Part shown: in pieces, positions 47,331 to 63,290 of the stretch | How positions within the stretch are numbered: the first letter of the stretch is position 1 | Layout: the number at the start of each line of letters is the position of its first letter | Source of the DNA: the human T2T-CHM13v2.0 reference genome, Homo sapiens | Length of the DNA: 64,000 nucleotides | Assembly: GCF_009914755.1 (NCBI RefSeq) | Contig: NC_060938.1 | Reading direction: 5' to 3' (one strand) | Notes under the pieces: model-generated | Told to the model about the DNA's origin: nothing | Database searches by the model: none | The model's input: the letters and a program-made list of their open reading frames with translations, nothing else | Program-made: the position numbers and the translations under genes

Positions 47331-47375
47331 AAGCAATTAAAATCTCAGTAAGACAACAAACATTCCTTAAAAAAT

Positions 47376-48133
47376 TATTGTTGTTTCAATAGTTTTGAGG
47401 GTACAGGTAGTTATGGATAAGTTCTTTAGTGGTGATTTTTGATATTTTGGTAAACCCGTCACCTGAGCAGTGTACACTGTATCCAATATTTAGCCTTTTA
47501 GCCCTTACTCTCCTCTCACCCTTCCCCTTTGAATCCCCAAAGTCTGTTTTATCATTCTTATGTCTTTGCATCCTCATGCCTTAACTCCCACTTATAAGTG
47601 AGAATACACAATATTTGGTTTTTCATTCCTGTGTTACTTCACTTAGAATAATGGCCTGCAGCTTCATCTAAATTGCTGGAAAAGACATTATTTTATTTCT
47701 TTTTATGGCTTAGTACTAATCCATGTTGTATACATACTACATTCTCTATATCCACTGGTTGGTTGATGGGTACTTAGGTAGTTCCATATTTTTGCATTTG
47801 CAAATTATGCTGTTATAAACATGTGAGTGCATGTGTCTTTTTCATATAATAACTTACTTTTCTTTTAGTAGATACCCAGTAGTGAGGTTGTTGGATCTAA
47901 TGGTAATTCTACTTTTGGTTCTTCAATGAATCTCCACACTGTTTTCCATAGTGATTATACTAGTTTACAATCCCACCAGCAGTGTAAAAGTGTTCCCTTT
48001 CCACCACGTCCACCCCAACATCTATTATTTTTTAACTTTTTAATTCTGGCCATTCTTGCAAGAGTAAGGTGGTATCTCATTGTGGTTATAATTTACATCT
48101 CTCTGATATTTACTGATGTTGAGCATTTTTATA
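47376..48133 (-). mobile_element. L1PB 3' end
   Basis: tttcaatagttttgagggtacaggt...ggataagttctttagtggtgattt, typical L1PB1-like 3'UTR. Confidence 0.85.
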
Positions 48134-48139
48134 TGTAAA

Positions 48140-49118
48140 ACAAATATATTTTTAAGTGAGCAAATGATCTGGGTGGACACCTTACCAAAATATAAGTGGT
48201 GATATACAGATATCAAACATGCATATGCTCAACATCATGTGTTAGGGAATTGCAAATTCAAACAACTGTGAAAATTGCAACATTTTACTAGAACAGCTAA
48301 AATACAAAAAAACTAACAAAAATCTAATTATAATCAATGCTGTCAAGGATGTAGAGCAACAGGTACCTCATTCATTGCTGGTGGGAATGCAAAATGGTAC
48401 AACCACTTTAAAAGAGATAGTTTGGCAGTTTCTTACAAGGCTACGCATAGTCTTACCATATGATCCAAAAATCACACCCCTAGGTATTTACCCAGTTGAG
48501 TTGAAAACTATTGTCTACACACAAAAAGTTTCATTTGAATGTTTATTTATTATCACCAAACACTGGAAGAAACAAAGATGTCTTTCACTAGATAAAGGAT
48601 AACAAGCTGTGGCACAATCATACTAGGGAATTCTATTCAGTGATAAAAAGAAATGAGTTATTGAGTCAGAAAAAGACAAGGAAGATGCTTACATGCATAT
48701 AGCTAAATGAGAGCAATCAATCTGAAAGGGCTACATATTGTATGATTCTAATTATAAGACATCTTAGAAATCATAAAAATATAGACAGAAAAAAAATCAG
48801 TGGTTGCTAGGGGTCAGTGGAGGGGAGTCCAGAATTTTTAGGGATGTGAAACCCAGAATGAATAGGTGAAGCCCAGAATTTTTAAGGAAGTGAAACTACT
48901 CTGTATAATATTGTAATGGTGTATACATGTCACACATTTGTCAAAACCCATAAAGTATACAACAGAATGAACCCCTAATGTAAACTGTAGATTTTAGTTA
49001 AATGCATCCATATTATGTTCATTAATTATAACAAAGGTACCATACTAATGCAGGAAGTTAGTAATAGGGAAAACATGAGGGGTGAGTATATGGAACTTTA
49101 TGTGCTATCTTTTCAATT

Positions 49119-49172
<54 letters not shown>

Positions 49173-49280
49173 TATATATATGTATATATACACATATATA
49201 TGTATATATATATACACATACATATATATGTATATATATACATATATATGTGTATATATATATGTAACTACTAAAAAATA
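48140..49280 (+). mobile_element. L1MC-like 3' end
   Basis: cattgctggtgggaatgcaaaatggtacaaccac...aaccctaatgtaaac. Confidence 0.75.
49125..49265. repeat. Compound (TA)n/(CA)n/(TG)n microsatellite
   Basis: Directly visible alternating purine-pyrimidine tract of ~140 bp. Confidence 0.97.
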
Positions 49281-50138
49281 AAACCTGTTGATTATTTACA
49301 AAAAATATGTCAGTTATTCCCTCCTTTTTTAGACTCAACACAGTCACAATCAAAAAAGACTTCAACATGTTGAGTCAGAAACACCCACTTTTCTGTGGAT
49401 GTTGACAAACTGATTCTAAAGTTTACATGGAGAGGCAAAAGACTCAGACTAGTCAACAAAATATTAAAAGATGAAAACGAAGTAAGAGAAATGACACTAC
49501 CTAACTTCAGGAGTTACTATAAAGCTACAGTAACCAAGATAGTGTTCTATTGGTAAAATAATAAAAAGATATATTAATGAAATATAATAGAGATTCTAGA
49601 AATACACATACATATAGTCAAATAAGCTTCGACCAAAACAGTAAAGGCAATATAATGGAACACAACTAGTCTCTTCAACTAATAGTTCTGTAACAACTGA
49701 CATCCACATGCAAAGAAAATAAATCTAGACATACATAGACTCAATACTTTTCACAAAGATAACTCAAAATGGATCAGAGACCAAAATGTAAAATGCAAAA
49801 CTATAAAATTCCTAGAAGATATCAGGAGGAAATCTAGGTAATCTTGAGCATAATAATGACATTTTAGATATAACATCAGAAGTACAATTCATGAAAGAAA
49901 TAAATAATAATCTGAACTTTATTAAAATTAAAAAGCTTCTGCTTCATGAAAAATATGGTCAAGATAATTAAAAGATAATAAACATGAAATAAAATTTAAA
50001 AGAAAGCCCCAGAATGAGATAAAATATTTGCAAAAGATACAGTTGATAAGACACTGCTATTAAAATATACAAAGAACCCTTAGAAGTCAACGCAGGGTGT
50101 AAGGAAGGGATCCAGTTTCAGCTTTCTACATATGGCTA

Positions 50139-52288
<2,150 letters not shown>

Positions 52289-53539
52289 ACAATGAGATCA
52301 CATGGACACAGGAAGGGGAACATCACACTCTGGGGCCTGTTGTGGGGTGGGGGGAGGGGGGAGGGATAGCAGTGGGAGATATACCTAATGCTAGATGACG
52401 AGTTAGTGGGTGCAGCACACCAGCATGGCACATGTATACGTATATAACTAACCTGCACAATGTGCACATGTACCCTAAAACTTAAAGTAAAAAAAAATTA
52501 AAAAAAAAAAAGAAGTCAACTCTGGGAAAACAAACAACTTGATTAACATATGGACACAGATTTGAACAGACACCTCACTGAAGAAGACATGCAAATGCTA
52601 AATAAGCATATTTTTTATATGCTTAACATAATACATCATTTGGAGAAATGCAAATTAAAACAAAAATGTGATACCACTACACATCATTATAATGGTCAAA
52701 ATCTGAAACACTGACAAGCAAATGCTGGTGAGGATGTGGAGCAACAGAAACTCTCATTCATTGTTGACGGGAATATAAAATGATATAGTCATTTTGGAAG
52801 GTGCTTTGGCGGTTTCTTATAAAACTAAACACGCTAACCATACAATTCACACAAAAACTTACACACAGATGTTTATAGCAGCTTTATTCATAATTGCCAA
52901 AACTTGGAGTCAACTAAAATGACTTTCAATAGATGAATGGATAAACTGGTAAATCCAGAGAGTGAAATATTAAATACTAAAAAGAAATGAGATATAAACC
53001 CATGAAAAGACAGAGAACTTAAATGCATGTTACTAACTGAAAGAAGCCAATTTGAGATAGCTAAATTCTCTATTATTCCAACTATATGACACTCTGGAAA
53101 AGCCAAAACTATGAAGACAATAAAAAAAATCAATGATTGCCAGGGGTTAGGGGAAGGGGACATGAGTTGGTGGAGCACAGATAATTTCTCCAGCACTGAA
53201 ACTATTCTGTATAATATTATAATAGTAGATACATGCCATCAGGCATTTGTCAAAACCCATAGAATGCATAACAACAAGAGTGAACCCCATTGTAAACTAT
53301 GGATATTTTGTGATAATGATGAGTCAATGTAAGTTTTTCTGTTATAACAAGTACACCAGTTCATTGCAAGCTATTGATAGTCGGGGACGCTATGCATGTG
53401 TGGAGGTAAGGAGTGTTTAGGAATTCTCTGTACCCTCTGCTCAGTTTTGCTGTGAACATGTAACTGCTCTAAAAAAATGAAAATTATTTTAACTGCATAT
53501 TTTATGCAATTATCTGCATGTGTAATTATCATGCTTGGT

Positions 53540-54330
53540 TAACAAAACATAAAAGTGGACCAAAAATTTGAACAAGGACTTCCTCAATGAACATGTTCAA
53601 AAGGATAGTAAATACATGTAAAGATAATCAAGTTTATTAGTTATGAGTCAAGAGTAAATCAAACAAGATAGAAACACTACTGCACATCCTCCAGAACAAT
53701 GAAAATAATCTACAGACACTGCCAAATATTGGTGAAGTACAGGTCAACTCCAACTTTTGTATGTTGCTGGTGAAAGTAAAATTTAGTAAACTTCTTTGGA
53801 ATACCATTTGGCACCAACTACTAAAGTTGAATATGGGCATATCCTAACCCACACCAATTCCACGTGTATGTGTATGTACGAGTTTATTTATGTATCCATG
53901 ATTACCAGATACATGTGCTCGAAGGGTCATAACAGCACTTTTATGATATTCACAAACTGGAAACCACTCAAATGTCCCTCAGCAATTGAATGGTTAAATT
54001 AATCATGGTATGGTCTTACAATGGAATACCGTAAAGCAATGAGAATGAACAAATTATGCACATAAATATGCATAAATATCATAGAATAATGTAAGCTGAA
54101 GAAGCCAGTTGCAAAACTGTACACATTGTCAAGTTCAAAAAGAGTTAAAGCTAATCCATTATGTCAGAAGTAAAGATAAGGGGCCTAGCAGAGACTTCTA
54201 GAGTACGGTAACGTTCTCTTTTGTGATCTGAGTGCTGGCTTCATAGGGATGTTCACTTTAAGAAAATGTTTCAAGCTGTGCACTTACAATTTTTACTTTC
54301 TTATGCAGGCATATTATGTATTCATTAGAA
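53540..54330 (+). mobile_element. L1ME-like 3' end
   Basis: aaactggaaaccactcaaatgtcc...caatggaatac...atgagaatgaac. Confidence 0.6.
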
Positions 54331-57300
54331 TAAGGTAAAATAAAATTCATAAGAGAATGTACTTGTATGCCATTGGGAAATTTTGATAAGAGAAAATGTC
54401 TTTTGGGGAAGAAAAATGTAGAAGTAGAGATATTTTCTTGACTAAAACTATGAAAGTTTTTTTTCCTGTTGTTTGTTTGATGTTATTGTTGTCTTAATAT
54501 AATAATTTCTAGATAAAAGTTACTAGCAAATATGTTAGGAATGTATATATTTCAGTACAGTGGGCAAAAAAACATGTTCTGATGACTTCTAATGATTTTC
54601 TGATAAAGAACTGGTTTTTCACGTTGTGGAAATTTAGTGATCAGAAAGAGGTCAACATGTCTGAAATACTTTAGTGATGGATTTTGATTCATTTTAAATA
54701 AAAGAGATCACTAAAATTTTTAGTCATAGAACATTAATAGAATTCATTGGCACTTCGAAGACAGCCATAATGCTGTCATTGAAACCCCCATTAGTAGCTT
54801 CAAGGATATTGAGGTGACATGGTGATCCAGGTGACATTTGAAAGTTGCTTTTTCCTTTCCTGCAGGAAGATAAGGCACTAGTGCTCAGGGAGTATAGTAT
54901 GGTTTGAATTAAGAAGTCTAAATGCCGAGAAGAGAATCCAAATCTGAAATTTCCAAATGACAGCTTAGATACTAAGTGCCAAATTTTATCCCTCTTATGC
55001 TGTGCTACTGAAAGACAAGAAAAACTAGATCTCAACAAAGGGACTTTTCAGGCTATCTCTAGTGATTCAAATCAAGAAATCTATTCACACTGGGGGCCAT
55101 TAAACCAAATGCTGCCTGCTAGGCCATGAATTGGCTAATGCCAGAACCATTTGTACACATATCAGAACAACTGGTTGTGCTTCACCACTCTGGATTTGGA
55201 GAAATGGGCTAGAAGAAGGTGCTAGTTTGACTTGCTATATTTATGGGATCATAATATTTTCATTAACTATGTGAGTGTAATTCAGTGAATGTGTTAACAC
55301 TTGGAAACATCTGAATCACATTAAGGGATAAAGTGCAGGCTCAGCATAGACTAAGATTGCCAGTTGCCAGCATATCCAGATTACTTTGAAAAAAAAATCG
55401 ATACCATGCCTGAATACCTCCAAACATCTGGATATTCATAAATAGATGTAGGCACAACCTTATGTTTTGCCATCATATACAATTTGATGACACTGACGGA
55501 TTAATCCTGATCATTATTCCTTGGGAACATTGACTAAGAAACATTATGATTTCATCATTGTAACATGGATTTTTATTGTGTTTTTTTATTTTTCAGAATA
55601 TTATCATATGCACTATTTTAAATGCTGTATATGAAACCTTTTTTAATTAAGCAGAGATTTGTTTGTCTTACAAGGAGGTGAAAGAATAAGGGTAATTGAC
55701 TCCATTAAGATCATAGTTGGTTATGTACAGATGAGAATCATTTTAATAAATATTCACGTTTACTTCCTGAAACTATAATACTTTGGAACTGAATATAATG
55801 TATAGGAGTTGTGGAGTCATGTATTTATTGAAACAGCAAACACAATAGTACATTTGGATGTGTTCTGACTTCTAAGAGATTATTACCATGATTCTCTTTC
55901 TGAGATTACACTGTAAGGAATATTCCATCCACACACTTAAATAACATTTCTATAGAATTAAAATAAGGGAGTTTTTGAACAAGAAAACCCTTGTATTCAT
56001 TTCTTGATCAATGATGAGAGAAAAGCTCAAAAAAGCTTTGTAACCTGCTTGAAGCCACTTGATAACTTGGAGCCGGTATTAGAACTAGTTTAGTAATTTG
56101 GGTTAGCCATCATTCCCAGAGAGTGCACACTGACTTCTTTGTCTAAAGACAAAAAAGAAAAGAAATCCTACATAAAAAGAATGAGATGCTTCTTAAAAAT
56201 TATTAATGACTGTATTTGTGTTGACATTTTGCCAAGATTATTAGAATTTTAGTCACATTTGGAATTTTGAAAAATTTTTGATAGTTTCTTTGCTTCTGTC
56301 CATCTGAACAGCAACCTTGCAATAATAACACTATTTTGTCTTTTCAAACAGGAGGCAGGGCCAGAAGCACCTTAATCTAGAAGGAGCATTTGTTGTAATA
56401 ATTTAGGGATAAAATTTATGTTTTTTCTCTATAAATCTTAACCAAATTGCTTCAGTTTTAGTCATCCCTCATGATGCTAATTTTGTAAACTTTGTAACTT
56501 TTCCATTTATATAAACATTTTTACTTAAAATAAAATTCCTCCATGAGATATGAATTTGATTTTAGTGCATACATAAGTAATGTGTAAAAAAATATTTAAA
56601 CCTCAGGGACAAGTTAATGTGAAGAGCAAAATTATAAGAAATGAAAAAAGTTCCTGATTGCAAAGTAAAGCAGTATCTGTACCTTGGAGTGCTTAACAAA
56701 ACTCTACTTGTTATAAATCAATACTGTATTTTTCAATACATATTTTATTACTCTGCATATATAAATATGTAGTATATATATTAATCTTTGTAATCCTTTC
56801 CTACTCAGTTTAATTAGTTGCCCTGGTATTTATGGGTGAATATTATCAATCCAATACTAGTAATTGCATAATCTATAAAATAATATGACATGTTTTTAGG
56901 CCCATGAAATTAATTGATGCCAAATGAAAATATTTGTGTGGCTTAGCATTGTTTATTAATCAAAGTGCAGCCAATGAACTTCAGTTTCTTCTTACCTCTT
57001 TTCTACAGTGTATTCATTTATTTTTCCACAGGAATATTAGCACAAGAGAATCCCCACGCTGATTCTCTCTTTATTGACACAATAAACGGGTTTTTCCTAC
57101 TGATTACCCATAAGACTAGTTCAAATAAGGTGACACTTCTTACTTTCTCAAACATTTTCACTTTAATAAAATTAAATATATGTTGCTATTTTGATATTTT
57201 TAATGTATATGAAGATCTTTTTATAGCTGTTTTTGAAATGTTCAGCTTCAACTTTACTTAATTTCTTAAATGAGTTGATTTCTCATTGGAATCACAATTG

Positions 57301-57377
57301 GAAAAACACACTATCTTTTGTTGATTTTTGTCTGTGTACATGTATATGCCCTTGGGTGTATATCTGCATTCATATTA

Positions 57378-57680
57378 CTTTTTGACTTTTTTTAGTTACA
57401 GAGTCTTGCTCTGTTGCCCAGGCTGGAGTGCAGTGGTGCCATCATAACTGACTGCAACCTCAAACTCATGGGCTTAAGCAATCTTCTCAACTCAGCCTCC
57501 TGAGTAGCTGGGACTACAGCTATAGGTGCTTACCACTGGATCTGGCTAATTATTATTAGTTTTTTATTTTATTTTATTTTTTACTTTTTGTAGATGCAGG
57601 TCTCACTGGATTGCCCAGGCTGGTCTTGAACTCCTGGCCTCAAGCAATCCCCCTGCCTTAACCTGAAGCCCTGGGATTAC
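57378..57680 (-). mobile_element. AluJ, slightly 5'-truncated
   Basis: acagagtcttgctctg...atcataact...ctcctggcctcaagcaatcc...gggattac. Confidence 0.9.
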
Positions 57681-60675
57681 TCTGCCTTTATTACATTAAG
57701 AAAAATACACATAAGGTGCTGCTGTTTTTGTAGAGGTACAGGTATATAAACTCTTGTGGTTTTGCATGCTACCAGGCTTGATAACTAGATTACTTGCCTT
57801 ATTCCTGTCAGCAATTACAATTTCTGACTATAGACCTTAATTTCTCTGAATTTCATGTGGCCCTTTTTTTTCTACATTATGATCTTGACTTCATTCTCAT
57901 TTTTTAAAAAACTTATATTTATTTACTAACTTTTGCCATGATTCAGAGTAAATTTATTAGTACGCACATTTTAATTTTAAAAGCCATGCACACACAAATG
58001 TTTCACATTGATAATAAAAAGGGAGGGACCCAGAAAGCCTGCCCTTGCAGGCAGGACTTACTCTGTCTCAGAACATGATATAATTTGTAACACTGCATCT
58101 GATATGATTCTGACAAAATATAGATCGTAGACTTTCTAAGCGACTTTGGCTGTTCTCAATGCTTCCTTTCACAAGGAATAGTTACTAATGTCTAATTATC
58201 AGTAAATCAATAGGTGTTTGCATCTTATTAACTCCTACACAAAGCAATTATTTAGGTATGTGAATCTCACATGGGTCCATCTCTCTGCTAGTGAGCTTAT
58301 TTTTTAGTAGAGGTAAACCTGTGCAGTATTCTTCTGGCTATCAGCTTAAACACCACTTAATTAATTTTCGTCAGAAAGTAGATTAACTGTAGGGTTAGAA
58401 AAGTGATTATTTGATTATCATGAATCAACATGTTTTGGCACTGTTACTCCTTGTCAGGAATAAGAAGTTGACTGATTTGAGGCAGGCTAGATTTTGCTTC
58501 TTAGGGCCAAAATAAACAAACAAAAAGATCAATGAAAATGTGATGGAATTATCTGGGTTTTGTAGATTTTTAAATATTAGCTACTTACAAATGTTTTGGA
58601 TGCTTGTCTAATCACCTTTTTTATACTCTGAATTTATAAGGAATCACTTTAGCATGTTAAAACTCGTAATGTTAAAGCTGAAAATGGCTGCTACTATTTT
58701 TTTCATGTATATGTATCTATTTACTTTGGAGATATCTGGGGATATTTACTCGTAGGATACCCACTGGCCTCCCATAAAGTGCAAAGAATCAGTAAACACT
58801 GAAACAATTACTGTGTAAGTGTTGGACCAAATATGCTAAAATATTGATTACTCTGGTGGTTTTTATAACAGAGGATTCAATATGGCCATTTTGAATATAT
58901 TAAAATTTAATAACTACAGCTTATCAGTTGAAATGCTGTTGGTGATTCATTAGTGTGGATTCAGCCACACATTCGGAAAATACTTAAAGCTTAGAAAAAC
59001 ATACAAAAAATATGATACTGATATATATCAACCATAGAAATTTAATATGTTTCATCATGTTGTAATAGTTTTTTAGGTCATTTTTGTTTTAAAAGATAAA
59101 TACTTAATATTCTTTCTTTGTATCCTAATTTTGTCTTTCCCTTGCAAGAGATAACAATTATCCTCAAGCAGATGGATGTGTGTGTCTCACAATTTGTGAC
59201 TTTATAGGTAGGCATCTTCAACATCACATGCGTGTGCTGCGTTTTACGTACTTGTAGTTGACTTCATTCTGTATGTAATATTTCAAAATTAGCTTTTCTT
59301 CACGAGTTTTGTTTTTGAGATGTAAACATATGTGATACACATAGATCTAGTTAACTTTAGAATTTTACTGTATGACTTGTGATAATGTATTTATTTAATA
59401 TTTAGTATCCATATGATGCAGTATGTTTGATCTTTTCAGTTATTCACTGGTGCACATATGCTATTAAAGGTGAATATTTTTCTAGTGTATTTACTTGGAA
59501 ATTAAAATTTTTGGTAGTAAGGTTTGTATATCTTTGTCCTTACCAGACTCAAAGCATGGATTCTATTTTTGCTCAGATTAAGAATTAAAATACTGAAAAT
59601 GTATCAGTAACTTTTATTGGACAGAAAAATGCACTATGTCATTTAAAAAGAAACAAATCATATAAAACTAAAATCATTTCAAAAGCTTCAGTCTAATGTT
59701 CATGGTTTCTGCCATAAGGCACATTCATTGAAACCAGATTCACCCTGAATCTGTTTTATTCTAAGCAATAGAAGTGTCTTTTGCTCAAGAGGGTGGGTGT
59801 TTCCACCTAAAACATGGGGAAGATCACATTATCAATCAATCAATCCTAGAGGGAATTTTCAGCAGAGACAAATCTAGAAGGAGGTCCTCACCCCATTAAT
59901 GCCAGTGAAATGCCACCCTCGCTATCACACTTTTGGTCTTCATCAATTTGTAAAGCTGGACCCGTGGTATCCTTTCTAGCTTTAGAAAATGCAAGTGTAA
60001 CATGCTTTATATTCTGAGTCCATTTGGATCTTTCTGACTGTCTTAAAAGTCAGCATCTTTGCCAAGAGAACATAGACAACTTAGGTACCTAATATACACA
60101 TCATCTAATGTTAAGCTACATAGTAAAAAAATAAATTTTAATCTTGTTGATTTTGAAAGTTTTAACTGGTTGTACACATGTCCCCCAATTGCATTTTTCT
60201 TCTTAGCTCAGGCTATTGTGCAGGCCTTTCTCTCCAGGTTTCTATACTTATACTTTAGTGTCAGGGAGGCTCACTTGCAACCTGTTTCATTTCCTCAAGC
60301 ACATCCAGAAAATAATATAGTCTGAAATGAAATTGCCCAAATTTTCTGTTCCAAGAGTTTTAATAGAGAAAGAGATACAAGAAAAAAATAGTGTTCACAT
60401 TTGAAGACAGGTCTTATGTATTAATCTTTCATGTATCACTGGCAGCATACTCTATGCAAATCTGGACTCCCATTAGAAGGGCCACTGTATGGAATCCACT
60501 AAAGTGAATTGATTTAACAATAGATAAAGCCTCCTATCTCACTCTCCTGCATCCAGCCTCTTCTATCCCACATCTCACTTGCTGCCAGGATTCTCCCCAA
60601 AACAGAAATACGATCACACCAAGCCCTAGCTAATCCTCCAATTCACAAATCTGGTTCTAGCCGATACTAGAATCT

Positions 60676-60979
60676 CTCTTTTTTTTTTTTTTTTTTTTTG
60701 AGACGGAGCCTCGCTCTGTCGCCCAGGCTGGAGTGCAGTGGCACCATCTGGCTCACTGCAAGCTCCGCCTCCCGTATTCACGCCATTCTCCTGCCTCAGC
60801 CTCCGGAGTAGCTGGGACTACAGGAGCCCGCCACCACGCCCGGCTAATTTTTTGTATTTTTAGTAGAGACGAGGTTTCACCGTGTTAGCCAGGATGGCCT
60901 TGATCTCCTGACCTCGTGATCTGCCCGCCTCGGCCTCCCAAAGTGCTGGGATTACAGGCGTGAGCCGCCGCGCCTGGCC
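60676..60979 (-). mobile_element. AluY (within an L2 relic)
   Basis: caagctccgcctccc...cacgccattctc, many intact CpG, T tract. Confidence 0.97.
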
Positions 60980-61290
60980 GCCTATATCAGCATCTTAAAC
61001 TGTTCGTTCCTTTTCCGTTTTTATTCTTCTCTCCTCACTATAAACTTTACACTTTTGAACTTTAATTTTGAATTATTCGTAAGGCTCTGCACAAGACATG
61101 CTTCCTCACAATGTCTATTCCTTGGGACATACGCCTTCTCCTGCCTGGAATGCCCCTGCACTCCTCTATCTAGCAACTCCCTTCTAATCCTGTAAGAGAA
61201 AGTTCTGATATCACTTTTTCTATGAAGGCTATGTGGTAGCTCTCTGCGGGTAGAATTAATCTCTTGACTATGACTTTTTTTTTTTAACCC

Positions 61291-61834
61291 TGTAATGCCT
61301 AACCTGGTTTTTACTAACTCTGTTTTTAGACTCTCCCTTTCATCACCTAGCCTTGTTTCCACCTGAATTGACTCTCCCTTAGCTAAGAGAGCCAGACAGA
61401 CTCCATCTTGGCTCTTTCACTGGCAGCCCCTTCCTCAAGGACTTAACTTGTGCAAGCTGACTCCCAGCACATCCAAGAATGCAATTAACTGATAAGATAC
61501 TGTGGCAAGCTATATCCGATATTCCCAGGAATTCGTCTGATTGATAACACCCAAAGCCTCCAGTCTATGACCTTGTAATAGTCTTAAAGCCCCTGCACCT
61601 GGAACTGTTTACCTTCCTGTAACCATTTATCCTTTTAACTTTTTGCCTACTTTATTTCTGTAAAATTGTTTTAACTAGACACCCCCCCCATTCCTAAACC
61701 AAAGTATAAAAGTTAATCAAGCCCCTTCCTCGGGGCTGAATTTTGAGCGTTAGCCGTCTCTTGGTCGCCGGCTAATAAAGGACTCTTAATTCGTCTCAAA
61801 GTGTGGCGTTTTTCTAACTCGCTCAGGTACAACA
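61291..61834 (+). mobile_element. Solo LTR6 (HERV-S71 family, ERV1)
   Basis: tgtaatgcc...ggtacaaca termini, TATAAAA 61705-61711, AATAAA 61774-61779, 4-bp TSD accc/actc; family name from recalled consensus. Confidence 0.75.
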
Positions 61835-63169
61835 ACTCCAGGATTCTGAGCTTCAAAGGTGGCTTATTTAACAAAATATAATTCTAAAACATTAAGAAAC
61901 AGTGATTATACCTAATTTTATCTTTGTAAATTTGAGATGCTCAATATATATATTATATATATGTGCTCAATGTATTGATGACGTTTCTAATGTTTATTAT
62001 TTGTTTTATGTTCATTAAACAAACATTTATGCAAAACATACCATCTGCAAGTTGTGTTCTACTTGATGGGAATATAATTTTCAGTTGCTTTTTCTTCCCC
62101 AAAGAATTGGGAATTTTTTATCTTCCCCCTGTATTATTATTGCCTGTTCTTTGAGTCTCTGGGTCACAGGATATATCTATGACTAGAGGACATGGTAAAA
62201 CTAAGTGGCCTCTTCTGGAACTGAACTAGTGACAGGCACATCTTTGGGGCACTATCCTAAACAACTACAGTGACAATATTTCCATCAGTAAACTGTGAAT
62301 GCATAAAATTTATGAAATAATTATCTAGTTTACTTCCTAAACTCAAGGAAAATCACTTGAATGGATCACATTTTGAGGGTAATAGTAATCCTGGAAAATT
62401 GGATCCCAGCCATTGAAGACCTAGTGCTGCTCTAGCTACTACATTTCACCTCACACTGAAATTTAGCCTTGCCTTTTATAGGATCTCCAAATACCACACA
62501 AACATATTTATGACAGCAGAGAATGCAGCTAACTTTCTCCAAACACTTGTACCAGAGATCCTTCCATTTGCAGGGGGCTAAAAATCCACACACAACAGCA
62601 AAACTTTTCAAATCATGTTGTCTTGGACAGACTACAAAGACCTCATCACAGTTCCCTTGTCATTTTTCTCCTTTTAGGAAATATAACTTTAAACTACTTT
62701 TGAATTATGTGAGAGGAGATAGTGTATATTTTCTAGTTTAAAAGCAATTTAAGGTAGAGTTCTCTGGCACAAAGGCAATTCAAAAATAACTGAAGCTTAA
62801 GAGTTGAAACTCCCCCTTGTCTGGTGTATATATTGAAGAGAGTTATTAGCAATCAGAGCTGTTTTCAAATGCTCTGTGCAAAGTTGCGTAAGTGTTTACT
62901 TTTATAAATATTTTTCAGGCAATGGGCGTGCCAAATTGAGGGTACTATTTGTTCAGTTAGAAAATCGAGTGATGATCCATTGGGTGCCATTTTAATTGTT
63001 AGGTCCTTTCAAATAACTAGAGGGGGAAGACCCTTAAATGCAAACAAAATAATGAAGTAAGGGCATCGTGTTACTTCATGTGAAATGTCATTCTGATGGT
63101 ACCTTACTTGAGAGTCATTAAAATTCAGTGCTTGGTGTGAGAAACATTTTAGAATAACATAAAGATAAA

Positions 63170-63290
63170 TTCTTTGGACCCAGAAAGACCTTGTTTCAAA
63201 TCCTGTTTTCAACTTTTTTTTTTATTTACCTTGGCAAGTTCCTCAACCTACTATGCCTCAGTTTACTTATATCTAAAATATATGTATACC
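63170..63290 (+). mobile_element. MIR fragment
   Basis: ttcaaatcctg...ccttggcaagtt...tgcctcagttt...tctaaaat. Confidence 0.55.

Noticed and set aside
49015-49368. YI/HT-repeat ORFs
   Set aside because: Translation of a microsatellite.
52331-52365. G-quadruplex-forming tract
   Set aside because: Normal feature of young L1PA 3'UTRs.
54840-55100. Acceptor-like tttcctttcctgcag|gaag on the plus strand
   Set aside because: The following sequence has early stops, no clear donor and no recognisable product; such motifs are common by chance.
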